A DNA stretch of 64,000 nt, from the NCBI RefSeq assembly GCF_001194135.2, contig NC_068987.1, positions 93,976,171 to 94,040,170 on the forward strand, in the 5' to 3' direction. The notes beneath the pieces were generated by a model. That model saw nothing but the letters and a program-made list of their open reading frames with translations. It had not been told where the DNA came from and searched no databases. Position numbers and translations under genes: made by a program. This document shows positions 37,591 to 51,692 of this stretch, piece after piece. Source of the DNA: Octopus bimaculoides. Taxonomy: Eukaryota. Within the stretch, counting starts at the first letter, position 1. Each line of letters starts with the position of its first letter.

Positions 37591-40500
37591 TTTACAAATA
37601 GTTATAGTGATAGACAGACAAATAGACAGACTGATAGACAGTCACACAGACAGACAGATAGACAGTTAGACAGATAGAAAATTTACCCAAGCCCTCAAGT
37701 ATAAATGGATAAAAAGCAAAACCACTTTAACAGAGTTTATATTGATTTGTGTATCTCGTAAATGCAACTCCTGCTTTTGTGAGTTGATCTCAGTGGAATA
37801 AGAAGCCAAAATATATTTGAGACCGGAAGGTAGTCGATATCAGAACACTTCTGCTCACAGTATATGAAATAATGTATTTCGTTGGCGCTCTAGTTTTGCT
37901 GCTGTTCGACGATCCTAATGTAAATATCATTCCTTATTCCCGATCAAATATTTGTCAAGAAGTGTTATAGTAATAGAAATCGAAAATAGTGTATTACTGG
38001 TACTTATTTTATTTTATATGATGAAGGTTGGAAGTCACCTTCGTCAAGATTTTAACCCAGGATTTATAGAGATTCTCTGCTCTACCGATTCTAGCATCAA
38101 ATGGCATTTAAGCACAAAGCTACTAATTCGAGTGAAGAGGTATTAGTCGCTTATAGATGTGACTAATACACTGGTTCTAATGACCACAGAAAGATCAAAA
38201 GCAGCGTTGACTCGACAGAGATTTGAGATGAGAACGAAAAGATACGCATGACTTAATACAACCACTTTTTTGTTCCGTCACTTCACTTATTACAATACTC
38301 ATGGCTCTTTCACGAAAGCCATTATTCCTGACATTAAAGCAATTCCACCAGTTTGGAAAGACGATATACATCATCATTTCGATCCAAGTAATCAAACCAA
38401 TAATCCCTTCACAATATTAACGATCATAAACACACTACAGCTGGCTGTTTCGTAGTTGCAGGAGATCCCTCGCCTTAAATTATGACATGAATTCAGACAA
38501 TTGTTGGCTAATCGCGTTTAAAAAAAGACACTTTTACCAGATTTTCCATGGGAAATGGTGTTGCAATAGTTTCGCTTCCTCGCCCCCTTGAAAATAAATA
38601 CGTTCCTAATCATAACAAAACCTCTAAAAAATCCCAGATTTGAACGAACAAAGTGCAATCATATCGTCCAATAGATTACTGATATACCCATTTCACATCT
38701 TCCGGATGGATAAGGTAGTCCTTTATTCATAGGTAGAAATTGTTATAGCTACATTCCGATTAACCTTTATCGAGCCGTTCGTAACCACTATCATCCCATT
38801 TCTTTCAATTAAGAACAGGGGTTTTTTTCATGAATTATTGGGTAGGAATATATATTAGTGCGACCATACCATGTGAATTAAGCACTTAACATTGGTACGT
38901 GTCATTAGCATGTGCATGACTAACATGACCTCGATGCATGGCGTTGACACGTGAATTTAGCACATTACCTTGGCCTTGACATGAATCTGACACGACAGTA
39001 GAGGCCTTGTTATGTGACATTTGTACTTAAAATTTAGCACGTGCATTGTGACACAGTGCTATGTTATTTGGTGCGTGGCTTGATCTTGAAACATGAACTG
39101 GAGAATGAGTCTTGGTACATATTTATGACACACTCCCGCAAATGAACCATATTCTTCTAAATCGGTTCTTTCATTTTTAACTAAACATGACATCTTCAAT
39201 TATCAGCTATCAAGTTCTGCCTATATATGACCTCTAAGCGTGCCCCTAACAAATAAATGTTTATCTTTTTAAAATTTATCACGTGACCATAAGCCAAGAA
39301 TCTCTTCGATGTTATTTTAGATTAAAATATTCCCCTTCCTACAGAAAAATCAATAAAAACACATAGAAAAAAAAATAGGTTATCGTCTTAAAAAAAGAAA
39401 GAGAGAAAACTCCTCAGTTGGCTTTCTATTGACATAAATATTACAAAAGCAAAAATGGAAAATTCGAGATGAATTTCAAAGGAATTGTTATTATTCAATA
39501 TAAATTGTTAATAGAAAAATTCTATGAGAATTTTCTATAATTTTGTTGTTATTTTCATGGAAGAACACAGAATATATTTTACCGTCACTGAAAGCGTTCT
39601 GGTCGCGACTCCAGTCAGAAATTTATTTGAATTGTGTTATCATTCAGTCTATCAATTTTTTTTTTTTTTTTTTTTTTTAGTCTCACAAACATCAATCCCA
39701 AATTGCCAAATTCTTTGTTGTTAAGAATAAAAAGATGTGATATAGACATGAAAACTTATTTTTAAAAAAAGTAAGAAAGAAAGAAAGAAAGAAAGAAAAA
39801 AGAAGAAGAAGAAGAAGAGTACGATGATGACGACGACGATGATTTGAAGCATAACCATTATTTAAATTAATTCTGTTAATAATGTTAAGCCCACTGTTTC
39901 AGTACCTACGATTCGCTTGCGTTAAAATTTGCCACGAACAGGGCAATAACATCATCCGTCCCATCAACACCAAAATGAGCCCCCCCCCCCCACTGCATAA
40001 TTAAAAGCTCGATCTGCTTGAAATCCCAGCCAAATGCCCTACTAATCACAATAACCGCTTAGAAAATGACACATTATATAATGTCTTTCTCGATACTCTA
40101 GTTGAAACGGCTTGGGGCATAAATTTGATCGATCAGAAATCATTTGCGTCTAAAAACAATATGACCGATCACAAATCAAGTTACCCACATCATACAAAAC
40201 AGAAATACCACATGAGGTAACACATTCAGTTTTAGTTATATTATGTAGGACTATATTATGTAAAGACTAAACAGTCATGGCTTGGTCATCTTCCTCCAAA
40301 GGTTTTTCTCAACCAGCCCTGGTTTTGAAATAAAAATAGCAAAAACAGAGTTTCTAACCTACAGCAAACTAATCTTCAGCATCTCAACAATAATCATATC
40401 GATATCTCATGAACCAATATTTGGTCGTATCAAAAACAATTTCAACACGAACCCCACATCACCACCAAAACAACCATAGTAACAAGAAGTTCATCTGCAA

Positions 40501-41398
40501 AAACATCTTCACGACATCCATTATTAGCACAACAACCCACCCGTATTGATATCAAAGACGTTCCACTCGAAGAGATACACACAAATCACAGGAATATTTT
40601 ATTTGTATTTATTTATGAAATGTTCCCAATAAATGACATTTGAAAAAATCTTTTTGTTTTTCTGCCTTGTTTTCATTTTTATCCTGAATATACAAAAGTA
40701 AGAAATGCTTTGAATTTCGTGAATAAAAGCAAGAACATATTCACAGCTGTATTAAGATATGCTACAGGTTTCAATCACTTAACAATACGACTTAGTCATG
40801 ATGAAATAAAAGGAAAAATAAACTGGAATAATAATAATATTATCAGTTTATCTTTCACGGATTCAGTTCAACAAGTTCACATGTTATGCTTGAAAAAACA
40901 CAATGAGTTGGTATTTCGTTTCCTTCTTGTGGTTGCTTAGTCGTGATAGCAGAAGCAGGAGCACGAATATTGGTGGCTGTAGTTGGGAACTTTAGCGTAT
41001 TGCATACGGGCAGCCATCCATCCATCCATCCATCCATCCATCTACATACATAAGTGCGTACACAATTACATATATATATATATATATATAATCTAGCTGT
41101 GGTTCACTTTGTATTTTTTTTATTTCAATTTCGAGTAGGAAAACACCAGTATTATCCTGGGGTAAATTTAATCATTGTTCCTTTCTCCTTGCTCTAGTAT
41201 AAGACGTTTTTATATTTTCCCACTCATTTGTTTTACATTTCAAATCATACAGCAAATGGTTTTATGCTGCACCATTCCTGATATTGATAAAATACACAAA
41301 TTCAGAATTTAATTGTGTCCTTGTGACGCACCAATATCATTTCACCCATAATTTATATTTTCTCCATGGTACAAGAATTTACATTTAATACTTTTCAT

Positions 41399-41630
41399 TC
41401 AACCTGCAGAATCAATAAAACACTGATTAGATATATCCCTTTAACTTCTGAGTTCGTATCCTGCTAACGTAAACTCTCTCATTTCAACCTTCATGTGAGT
41501 CGATTAAAATGCGAATCAACCTGCAGAATCAATAAAACAATGATTAGATATATCCCTTTAACTTCTGAGTTCGTATCCTGCTAACGTAAACTCTCTCATT
41601 TCAACCTTCATGTGAGTCGATTAAAATGCG
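41399..41630. repeat. Direct tandem duplication, 2 x 115 bp
   Basis: 41399-41513 and 41516-41630 differ at one base (CACTGATT vs CAATGATT), with a 2-nt spacer. Confidence 0.95.
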
Positions 41631-41927
41631 TGTTAGGAAAGTATTACGGTACGTTTACTCTTTAGTGATGAGAGAGTTGCCATTTAATAATGACTGCGTA
41701 TGCAGCGGTTATAAACAAATATATTAGGTTTACGGCGAACACATTCAAAATCAGATATACACAATACAGTCATTCCTTTAGATCAAGAAATCAAATCGAT
41801 TGTATTTCGCAATCTCAATATTCTAATCACTATCTTTTACTCGTTTCGGTCATTAGGTATGCTGAGTCACTGTCTTGAAAAATCTTTTAACTGAATGAAT
41901 TGACCCCAGGAATTATTTTGTAAAAGT

Positions 41928-42180
41928 CTGGTACTTGTTCTACTGGCCTCCTTTGTTGAACCGCTAGATGACGGGGACGTAAATACACTGGTACCGATTG
42001 TCAGTGGTGATGAGGTACTAACACAGACACGAAATCACATACAGATGTACGCCCCTCCCCCTACACACACATATATAAACGACGGACTTGTTTCAGTTTC
42101 CGTTTTCAAGTCCACTCACAAGACTTTCGTCGGTCCGAAGTTGTTATAAGAGCTGATGCAATGGAACTGAACCCCGACTC
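41928..42180 (-). mobile_element. SINE family A, decayed
   Basis: GAACCGCTAGATGACGGGGACGTAAA...ACGACGGACTTGTTTCAGTTTCCGT...CCACTCACAAGACTTTCGTCGG. Confidence 0.7.
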
Positions 42181-42923
42181 TGTCGCAGATTCAAAGACTA
42201 CATTTAAAATAATTGTTGTCAATCTTTAGACTAAATCTTTAATCAGTGTTCATTTTTGTTTCATTGTATTGTTGTATGATGTAGAAAAATTCGGTTTATT
42301 TTACTGAAATTCTCTTGTAGAACGCTCGGCCCCTTTGCAATATAACACGCAACGTAATGTAGTGTGAATTTGCGGAAAGGTGTATTGTAATAAATTGTAA
42401 TAAATTTCTGCTATTTAAGTGAATGTTGCTTTATATCTTTGGGCTGCAAATGGTTCTAATGTTATATCCGATAGATTCCTAATATCTCTAGTTAATTTAT
42501 TTCTTTGGCGCGAGATTAAATCTTGAGGAATTTCTCTATATTGCCTCGAGGAAATGCCTAAGTTATTAATTTTTGCAAATGAAAATATCATAACCTTATT
42601 AAATTTTAAAATTACTACTCGCTAAATTAGAAAATTAAAATTAATAATATCTAGCATTGACACAATGCCACAAATTTAAGAGCAAAGAACATTTAATTAA
42701 ATCGTACCAATGGTTCCACTGATACGAATTGTATTAATATTGAAAGATAAAAGTCATAGTCAAAAACAGTTGGACTTGGAATAAAATACAAAGAACCGTC
42801 AGATAGATCCTGTTTGGCATATACTCCGCCTGTTAACACATTCTTCCGATTCAGTATTCTGGCAGAAATACAACGACGACGGCGACAACAATAATGACAA
42901 TAATGATAATAATGATGATGATG

Positions 42924-42987
<64 letters not shown>

Positions 42988-43008
42988 AAATAATAATTCT
43001 TTTATTCT

Positions 43009-43574
43009 CTTATTTGTTCCGCTCATTTGACTGCAGCCATGCTGGAGCACCGCATTTAGTCGAACAAATAGACCCCAGAACTTATTCTTTGTAAGCCTAG
43101 TACTTATTCTATTGGTCACTTTGGCCGAACCGCTAGGTTACGGGGATGTAAAGACACCAGCATTGTTCGTCAAGCGATGGTAGGAGGACAAACACACACA
43201 TACAACAATATATATATAGGTAAATGATAGGATTGCTTCAATTTTTCAGGGGTAGTCTGAAGTATCCAAGCAACCAGGGGATGTTTAAATTCGGAGGCAC
43301 TCCTGGGAATTACTTGTGTGGGTACCGTCTTGGTTAGAGGGTATCTAGAGGCAGGTAATTTATTGTTTAAACCGTAGTTTATAATTATATTTATGTGGAA
43401 AATGGAGCAACAAATACAAGAAGAAGCAATTCGGTTGACGGGATTTTTTCAGTTTCCGTCTACCAAATCCACTCACAAGGCTTTGGTCGGCCCTAGGCTA
43501 TAGTAGAAGACACTTGCTCAAGGTACCACGCAGTGAGACTGAACCCGGAGCCATGTGGTTGGTAAGCAAGCTAC
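43009..43574 (-). mobile_element. SINE family A, full length, interrupted by about 215 bp of unrelated sequence (43220-43436)
   Basis: The 3' half (43009-43205) and the tRNA-like head half (43437-43574) match 45515-45907 in the correct order. Confidence 0.85.
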
Positions 43575-43859
43575 ATTATTTCATACAATTTGCCACAGGG
43601 GCATGACATAGAGTAACTGCGGGATGGACAATTACATTAATGGGATGAAATGAATATAAAAATATGAATGAGGGAAACGAACGGCGCCCGCCAACCGCCG
43701 TCTCCCGAAAACAATTTGGCGGGGGGCGAATAAACAAAACATCTTATCATTTTACAATGACGAGGCTTTCATACCTCTTACCCGTAGTCTTCTTCTTCAA
43801 CATCTTCTTCAAATTCAGTTTCGCTTCTAACCGCGTACCCCGCCATTTCCCACGACTCA

Positions 43860-44415
43860 CTCAAGCATAAAGCGTGTGTCATGTCGGTGCCACTCGGCCA
43901 TAAGCGATTCTCCTCTCTGAGTTCCTTCAGCCTTTGCACCACGGGCACCGTTATGACCCCCACAGCTATATGCGGAGGCCGTTCGGAACCCCATGTGCAG
44001 GCCAGAACTACCGACCACCGCGAGAACGGCCGCCAAGTATTGGTGGTCGAGCTTATCAAATGCTTTAGATTGATCCAAATTGATGAAATCCCCAGCCATG
44101 CCAGCTTTCTTACCCATCCTGTCTATGATGTATCGCATGAGGTGGAGGTGGTCATGGATGGATCTTTTTGAGATAATGCATGTTTGCGAACCACCAGTCA
44201 GTTCCTCGACGATAAGCACCAGCCTCTTCGTTAGAACCTTCACCAAAATTTCGAAGTCTGCCTTCAGCAGTGTTATGGGCCGAACATTTTCTGTTTGATC
44301 CCACTTGTTTGGGTCCTTTCTCAGCAGTATCACCGCTCCACGACTCACACAACTAGGAATTCCCCCGTTGTCTTACCTGATGCAGTAGATATCTGCTAAG
44401 AGTCGCCAAACAATA
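43860..44415 (-). mobile_element. Tx1/L1-clade LINE reverse transcriptase fragment (pseudogenised)
   Basis: The ORF 43857-44348 contains RPITLLKADFEILVKVLTKRL, Q.C....RSIHDHLHLMRYII and INLDQSKAFDKLDHQYLAAVL (RT subdomains). The YADD motif is missing. Confidence 0.9.
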
Positions 44416-45059
44416 TTAAACGTAATGTAAATTATTCGAGAAGTTGATCCAATTTATTTTATTTTCTCATGATTCGGTGAAAGTTTAAGAATTTCATGGC
44501 GAGTTTCAACTGACACGAAACCTGGTAGCAATCTTCCTTAGTAAGATTATTCGTTTCCAACCAACGATTCTCACCAATACAAGATGGAAACCTTTATCAT
44601 CCTAGTATCTATACCCCCGGTCTGTTATTTTTCCATCGACTTATCAAACTATTTGCTGAGTCACAACCAGTTACGTATACATATCAATTGATAAGCGCTA
44701 CAAGTGTCGGTGGATTAACTCACGATGTCTGCGGCGTTTTTTGTGGTCGGTGTTGTTGTTGTTGTTGTTGTTGTCGTGGCTGGTAGTGTTGAATTATTTA
44801 TTGCGCTCCTTGTTGTTCATTTTGTTATTGGTTTCACTGTTGAATGCATGTCAGCTGTGATCAAATAGATCTATGGCTCTTTGTTGGCGTGTAATAGAGT
44901 TGAGAAGAATATATACGGGAGGCACATTGCATCGTCAACTAAATCAAAACACACACATTCACACACACACACATGCACTTATTTACAAACGTACACACAC
45001 AGCAACGCATACGTACTTGTATATATATAAGATAAAATTGTATGTAGATATTTATGTAT

Positions 45060-45060
<1 letters not shown>

Positions 45061-45112
<52 letters not shown>

Positions 45113-45130
45113 GAGATAGATAGATAGATA
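45061..45130. repeat. (TAGA)n microsatellite
   Basis: Direct. Confidence 0.95.
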
Positions 45131-45514
45131 CGACTGTATGTATATATGCGTAAATGTGTATATGTATACGTGTGCGCGCGTTGTGCGTGTGAGTGTACGC
45201 GTATGGTGTTTGTTGATGGGAGTAAAATACACCAACTGGTTCTTTAGTCTGTCTGACATTCCATTCTTATCAGCTAAACTAAATATCAATATCATTTTAA
45301 TGAAAAGTCTAGCTTTTTATTAGCTGACGAAGGCTGGAGGCGACTCTGACCTAAACTGAGTTCGTATTAAAATTTGCACTCGGATGATCTTGTGTGTGTT
45401 GTGGAAATAAGAACCAGAAGACATAAAACATTTTCCCGTCTTTCTCGACCAGCACTCAATCATTTCTGGTAACTAACTGCACAAAGATAATCTTACATCT
45501 TTTATCTTTTCACA

Positions 45515-45907
45515 CTTGTTTCAGTCATTAGACTGCGGCCATGCTGGAGCACAGCCTTCAAAAGTTTTAGTCGAACAAATCGACCTCAGTACTTATTTTT
45601 GCTAAGTTTGGTGCTTACTCTATCAGCCTCTTTTGCCGAAGCGCTCAGTTACGATGCCATAAGCATAGCAACACTGATTGTGAAGCAGTGTTTGGGGGGA
45701 CAAACACAGGCACAAAAGCAGAAACACGCACGCGTGTGCGCACGTGCACACACACATATACGATGGACTTCCATTAGTTTCCGTCTACCAAATCCACTCT
45801 CAAGGCTTCGGTCGATCCGAGGTCATAGCGGGTCACTTGCCGAAGGTGCGACGGAGTGGGACAGAACTCCGAACCGTGAGGTTGGGGAGCAAACTTCTTA
45901 CAACACA
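45515..45907 (-). mobile_element. SINE family A, full-length composite (tRNA-like head, body, internal CA/TG tract, 3' half)
   Basis: Reverse complement starts TGTGTTGTAAGAAGTTTGCTCCCCAACCTCACGGTTCGGAGTTCTGTCCC (A/B-box-like) and ends GCTCCAGCATGGCCGCAGTCTAATGACTGAAACAAG. Confidence 0.85.
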
Positions 45908-46294
45908 AACAGTAAATTCGAGATGAATACTTTTTCTTTTGTTTTTTTTTTTATTTTTTTCACTGGTCTCTAATTTAAAATGGTATAACCCTAATAAATT
46001 ACTGGTATAGTTTGGCTGAACTATACCAGTAGAATTTAGAAATTGCTCACCAGTTCGATTCCTTAAGATGGTGAGTTCGCAGAATCATTTGAGCCTCTGT
46101 GAAAGTGTTTCAAATCTCACCGACGTCAACTTCAATTTCTTTACTTTTCGGGCGAAGTAGATTGGCAGAAATTTTACGGCGTTCAACGAGATCCCTCCTG
46201 GTCTCCATCAGCGCAAGGGACAACACTGATATGAAACATTATCTCCCTTCTTGCCTTGATAAATATCATTGGTGAGGTGATTTGTATGCATGAA

Positions 46295-46597
46295 CAACTG
46301 GTCCTCCGTCGGTTACGACGATGAGAGTTCCAGTTGATACAACCAACCGAACAGCCAGCTTGTAAAATTAACGCGCACCCTTAACAAGGTTCTCAGGGAG
46401 AGTCAACGTGACACAGAATGTGACAAAGCTGGCCCTTTGAAATACAGTGGACTGGAATGGTAGTATATATTCTTGCCAACTGAGTGAACGTGAAATAAAG
46501 TGTTTTACTCAAGGACACAACGCACCACCAGGTATCGAACCCCTGAAATTAAGGTCATGAGACGAATACCCAAACCACCCAGCCAGACGCCTTCACG
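46295..46597 (-). mobile_element. tRNA-derived SINE, family C
   Basis: Reverse complement head GTGAAGGCGTCTGGCTGGGTGG...GGGGTTCGATACC, then GTTGTGTCCTTGAGTAAAACACTTTATTTCACGTT. Confidence 0.75.
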
Positions 46598-47449
46598 CAT
46601 GGACAACAGCTGGTTTTTCAAAACAGCTAAACTCTTTGCCCAGTCCTTTCCCTTCGTATAAGTTACACGGTCTCATGAATCATAGATAGCCCCCACCCCC
46701 ACCTCAGCTCCTGCCTAACCCGGAGAGATCAATCATTTGCAAACTAGAGATTTTTAAAGATTATATTAACCCCCGATGGAATTTAATCTTCGAACTGAAA
46801 GCAAGTCCTTAAATAATGTAATGCATTTGGTCCGGAGTCGTTGTTGGCGGTGGTGAAGGTGGTGGTGTGTATGTGAAGTAACGGCCTCAACTGACACTGA
46901 CGATGTCATATCAAAATTACTTGCACTGAACTTCCTTTCTTCATAAATTTTTATTCATTTTAATTAAATTAATAAGCTCCTGTACAGCGCCAAGAAAGCG
47001 AGCAGCTGAAGTTATCTGCGGATTTCAAAAGACAATAGGGGCGGGACATACATATATAAGATATCAAAAGAACCTGTTAATATGACGGGGAATTTTGAAG
47101 TAATTGTTTTAACTAACTTCAATATTGTCGGCTGCAATATTTCATTTTCTCTTTTTTTTTTTTTCACTTTTATATAAAGTTGTTACTATTTTCAAAGATA
47201 GCGTTTGTTATTGTTTCTTTTTGTTGTTTTAAGGGAGTTGTATTTTACACTCATTGGACATGTAATTCAATATCCTTGTCGCCCAATTTTCATAGCAAAC
47301 ACCGCTTCCTTGACAGTTAACCGATGGAATTTAATAAGAAAATTTCGTTTTTTTTATTTCTTTTCTTTTCTTTGCTAGATTTTGAAGAGTTGATTAGCGT
47401 TTTCATTGAAATTCTTCAAACACGTCCTATAAATCAACTGGCACTAAAC

Positions 47450-47935
47450 ACCAACCATCTTCCTCACTATCGCTGTTATTTCCACCACCAGAACACCACC
47501 AATACCAACAGCAGCAGCGGCACCAATACAACCACCACCACCAACACAAGAAGACAGAACAAATTCCTGCCACTACAGCCTCCTCCTCCACCTCAACTAA
47601 CAGTGGTACTGGTAGTTTGAAGTCCAACGCTGATAATACCCACAACACCCCCACCTCAACCGCCGCAACTACCCCTTCTAGTACCACTATATACCACCAC
47701 CACCACCACCACGAAGCTTTATACAGACCAACAACAACATCAGCAGCAGCATCACCATCAGTACCATCATCAAAATAACTATAATCAAAGCACACCACAA
47801 CACAAACAAAACACACGAGACACGCCATCATCATCATCGTCATCAGCAGGAGCAGCAACAACAACAACAACAAGAGCAGTAGCAGCGGCATCACAGCAAA
47901 TCGCATCAATCTTAGCATCATCATCAAATTTAGAA
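47450..47935. repeat. Degenerate (CAC/CAA/CAG/CAT)n low-complexity tract
   Basis: Direct. Confidence 0.85.
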
Positions 47936-48259
47936 TTACATATATATATATATATATANNNNNNNNNNNNNNNNNNNNNNNNNNNNNNNNNNNNNNNNNN
48001 NNNNNNNNNNNNNNNNNNNNNNNNNNNNNNNNNNNNNNNNNNNNNNNNNNNNNNNNNNNNNNNNNNNNNNNNNNNNNNNNNNNNNNNNNNNNNNNNNNNN
48101 NNNNNNNNNNNNNNNNNNNNNNNNNNNNNNNNNNNNNNNNNNNNNNNNNNNNNNNNNNNNNNNNNNNNNNNNNNNNNNNNNNNNNNNNNNNNNNNNNNNN
48201 NNNNNNNNNNNNNNNNNNNNNNNNNNNNNNNNNNNNNNNNNNNNNNNNNNNNNNNNNNN

Positions 48260-48290
<31 letters not shown>

Positions 48291-49854
48291 TGCATATGCA
48301 TATGTATACATACATACATACATACAAATGTATTTGCGCTTGTGTTGTGATGTTTGTGGTTGTTGGTTTATTTATCTTGGCGTTAATCTAAGAAATATAT
48401 TAATATATCTATCTTTATCCGGACATCAAAACAGGGATGAAGTTATCTTTGTTGTGGCTGGGGTCAAACTCTGATCAAGCAGAACCAAGATGAAAGAGAA
48501 CACTCGACTTTATATCTGATGTATCGTTTCGTTATTTAAGATGATTGAGGGTGATTTGAGCAAAATATAGCTGTTATTTCTAGTAAATAAAGTGACTACC
48601 TAGAGGATCTGTTATAGACTTTATACGGTAAAGTATTCTAGGGTAATATAATACTGTGTGTGGTGGTGGTGTTGCAGGGGTTGTACAATGAAATGGTTTC
48701 GAATCTCTCTTCATTTATGCATCGTTCAATGAACATTAAAAGTGTGAGAAGAAAAAATGGCCATAAAATATTGCTTGAAACAACTACATCGAAAGCTGAC
48801 TTGTTCTCGTTCCACTGGAAGCTGATCGGGACGAAACAAGTAGAAGATGGAGAAGAAACAGTGTAGAGTGGTTTTGTATGGCGAAGTGTAGGATAATATG
48901 ATATATTAAACCTGTATTTTTTAACATAGATTAGTATAATTTAGTGTAGGTTAGTGTATAACAGTAAACTTGTAGAATGGTAGCAATTATTGATGAATTA
49001 ATCAAAGCACTTTTCATTGTAGTCTACACGTCAAAGACAACAGAGCATCAAAGAACAGACAATGTAGAGAGAGAGTTGCTCATAGAACTGGACGCACCAC
49101 TTTGAGATGATTGCTTTTGGAAATACCAAACACGGTCACAAAATGAATTCTTTCATTTTACCTCGCAGAACAGTTACAAAAGATTGGTTAATTGCCAAAA
49201 CGAATTAAGCAGATTATTCAAGGAGCAACACCATACCAGTAATCGTTGATCTTTAGATTTCAACAGACACAGCTACCAACAACCTCTCTCCTTCCGACTA
49301 TCTTCTACGTCTCCATGCGCTGACACATCACATCGAGTCCGTTAAAAAATACACGCATAGAATCACATATATTTTGCGTATGTTTGTGTGTTCGCTTGCG
49401 TTTGGATGTAAGCGTATTGTATACATAAACTACAAATAATAAATTAATTCTCCGTCGTTTACGACGATGTATTTTTCAATTTCATTTCATAGAAGTTGAG
49501 GTTGTGGGTATCATGTGCAGCGATCACAGTATGCTGGCCCGAAATTGCAACCAGGAATATCTAGTGGGATAAATTTATATCTGATGAGGAAGGAAAGTTT
49601 CTAATATTTGGAACACAGTGGGACAAGGGATGCAGATTAATTTTAGGGTTTTGATGAACAGATAATATTTCAAATATGTCAGATCATTTAGCCTGTGGCG
49701 AAATTATGCAGGAAATAAACAAGATATGTCTTCCTGAATAGATATCGATGAGAGTTTCTGCAAGAATTTATTAATTCCAAGATGACCCAAATAAACTTTA
49801 ACTCATGTAAAAGTTTTTTTACTGTACAACACTGCTTCAGGCGTCATCTACACA

Positions 49855-49885
<31 letters not shown>

Positions 49886-49902
49886 CTATCTATCTCTCTA
49901 TA

Positions 49903-49938
<36 letters not shown>

Positions 49939-50125
49939 TGTATGTATGCATGCATGTATGTATGTATACATGCATGTATGTATAAAACAAGGAAATAGAA
50001 TCAGCAGGTTTAAATTACAAATCGCAACAATTGTTTCTGTGCATTGGTAACAGCCTTTATAAATATGATCCACCAGCAGCTTTGAACAGTCACGTCATCA
50101 GGTGAGTGAATTTGAGAGAAATGCA

Positions 50126-50181
<56 letters not shown>

Positions 50182-50769
50182 NNNNNNNNNNCGTGCGTAT
50201 GTGTGTGTGTGCGTGTGTGTGTGTGTGTGTGCGCGCAGGTTACCTTTTTTATACATTTAAAGTAAACCGTTTATCGCCTTTTATTTCGCTGTTATTCGTC
50301 TGGCAGACATTACTGAGGAGAAGTAATATTTTGGAGAGACACATATCAATCAATGAGGAAATAGGATTTGCTTCTTAAAAATGAAGAAAAGGGTTTTAGT
50401 TGGTCTTACTTGAATGAAAACCAACAAATTTTGCGGTACAACTGTAGCTTACCTCATTGGCATAATTATGTTGTTGTCCTATAATTATTGATAAGGTGTA
50501 ATAAAATATTGCAACACTCTACAGAACATTTAATCAATGAGGAAGATTTTTACCATTTTTGCCATCGTGAACACTAGCAGTGTTAATTATGTCTCGTATT
50601 AATGTATTTCATCTGAGAAGCCACTGTCTTTTAATGTATTATCTCAATAATGTACTGTATGGTTAAATAATTCCTCTATAGAGATTAAACGGGACATGTT
50701 GCACTTACTAATGACAATAGCTACCTTTAAATGGGCGGCTTGAGCTTATATTAATAAATTGCAAGTTCT

Positions 50770-50930
50770 TGTTAGCGGCATTTTGTCTGTCTTTATGCTC
50801 TGAGTTCAAATGCTGCCGAGGTTAACTTTGCCTTTCATTTTTTCGGGGTCGATAGATTAAGTAGTAATTATGTACTGGGGTCGATGTATTCCACTTGTCC
50901 CCACGTCCAAAATTCCAGACCTTCTGCCTA
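50770..50930 (+). mobile_element. tRNA-derived SINE, family B
   Basis: TTAGCGGCATTTTGTCTGTCTTTATGCTCTGAGTTCAAAT...GCCGAGGTTAACTTTGCCTTTCATTTTTCGGGGTCGATA...GTACTGGGGTCGATGTA. Confidence 0.8.
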
Positions 50931-50960
50931 TAATAGAAAAGATATTTTATTATTATCATT

Positions 50961-51595
50961 GTTTTACTTCTCAGAACGTTCGGTTTTGTTTGTTCTGGTA
51001 AATTCGCTGAGAGTGGACAGCAGCATGCAGTCAGAGATCTCACTGAGTCTCTTGCCGTACATTATAAGCTTTGATGCTTGGTAGTTGATTATCGTGGGAG
51101 ACATTCAACATCCAATTACCAATCTCAAAATCCTAGCTGTCTCCAACAGAGCAGATTCAGGGCTTGCTCTCTTCTCATGTCAATTCTTATTTCTCTGGCA
51201 TGTTTCTTGAACTTTGTTATTAGTGCTTCGAGGACTATTACAACTACTAGAATGACAAACACTCTCCTCATAGTCCACATTCTTCAAATTTCGACTTTTA
51301 GTAGTCTCTACTTCTCAATCTTTTGTAATTCTTTGTCTCTTATGGGTGCATCTCAGGTATTTCAATATCTATGATCTTAGTATCCTTTTTCCATTATCTA
51401 CCACAACAATATCTGGTCTCCGAGCCTTGATTAGGGAGTCACATTGGATTGTAAAACCCCACAGTATCTTAGGTTCCTTGTTCCCAGTGACGCCTTCTGG
51501 CTCATATTCGTACCATTTCCGTACCCAATTCAGGCCGTACTTTTCGCATAGCCTCCAGTGGACAAACTTAGCCACGTTATTCTGCTTCTTTTTGT
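50961..51595 (-). mobile_element. R4/Dong-like non-LTR retrotransposon 3' region (distinct subfamily, decayed)
   Basis: NNVAKFVHWRLCEKYG...KWYEYEPEGVTGNKEPKILWGFTIQCDSLIKARRPDIVVVD (REL endonuclease PD motif), later ALLETARILRLV. The 5' end abuts (ATT)n at 51604-51690. Confidence 0.9.
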
Positions 51596-51635
51596 TGCTG
51601 CTGTTATTATTATTATTATTATAATAATAATAATA

Positions 51636-51688
<53 letters not shown>

Positions 51689-51692
<4 letters not shown>

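Noticed and set aside
45860-45907. tRNA-like A/B boxes here and at other SINE heads
   Set aside because: They continue into SINE bodies and lack a complete cloverleaf, so they are not tRNA genes.
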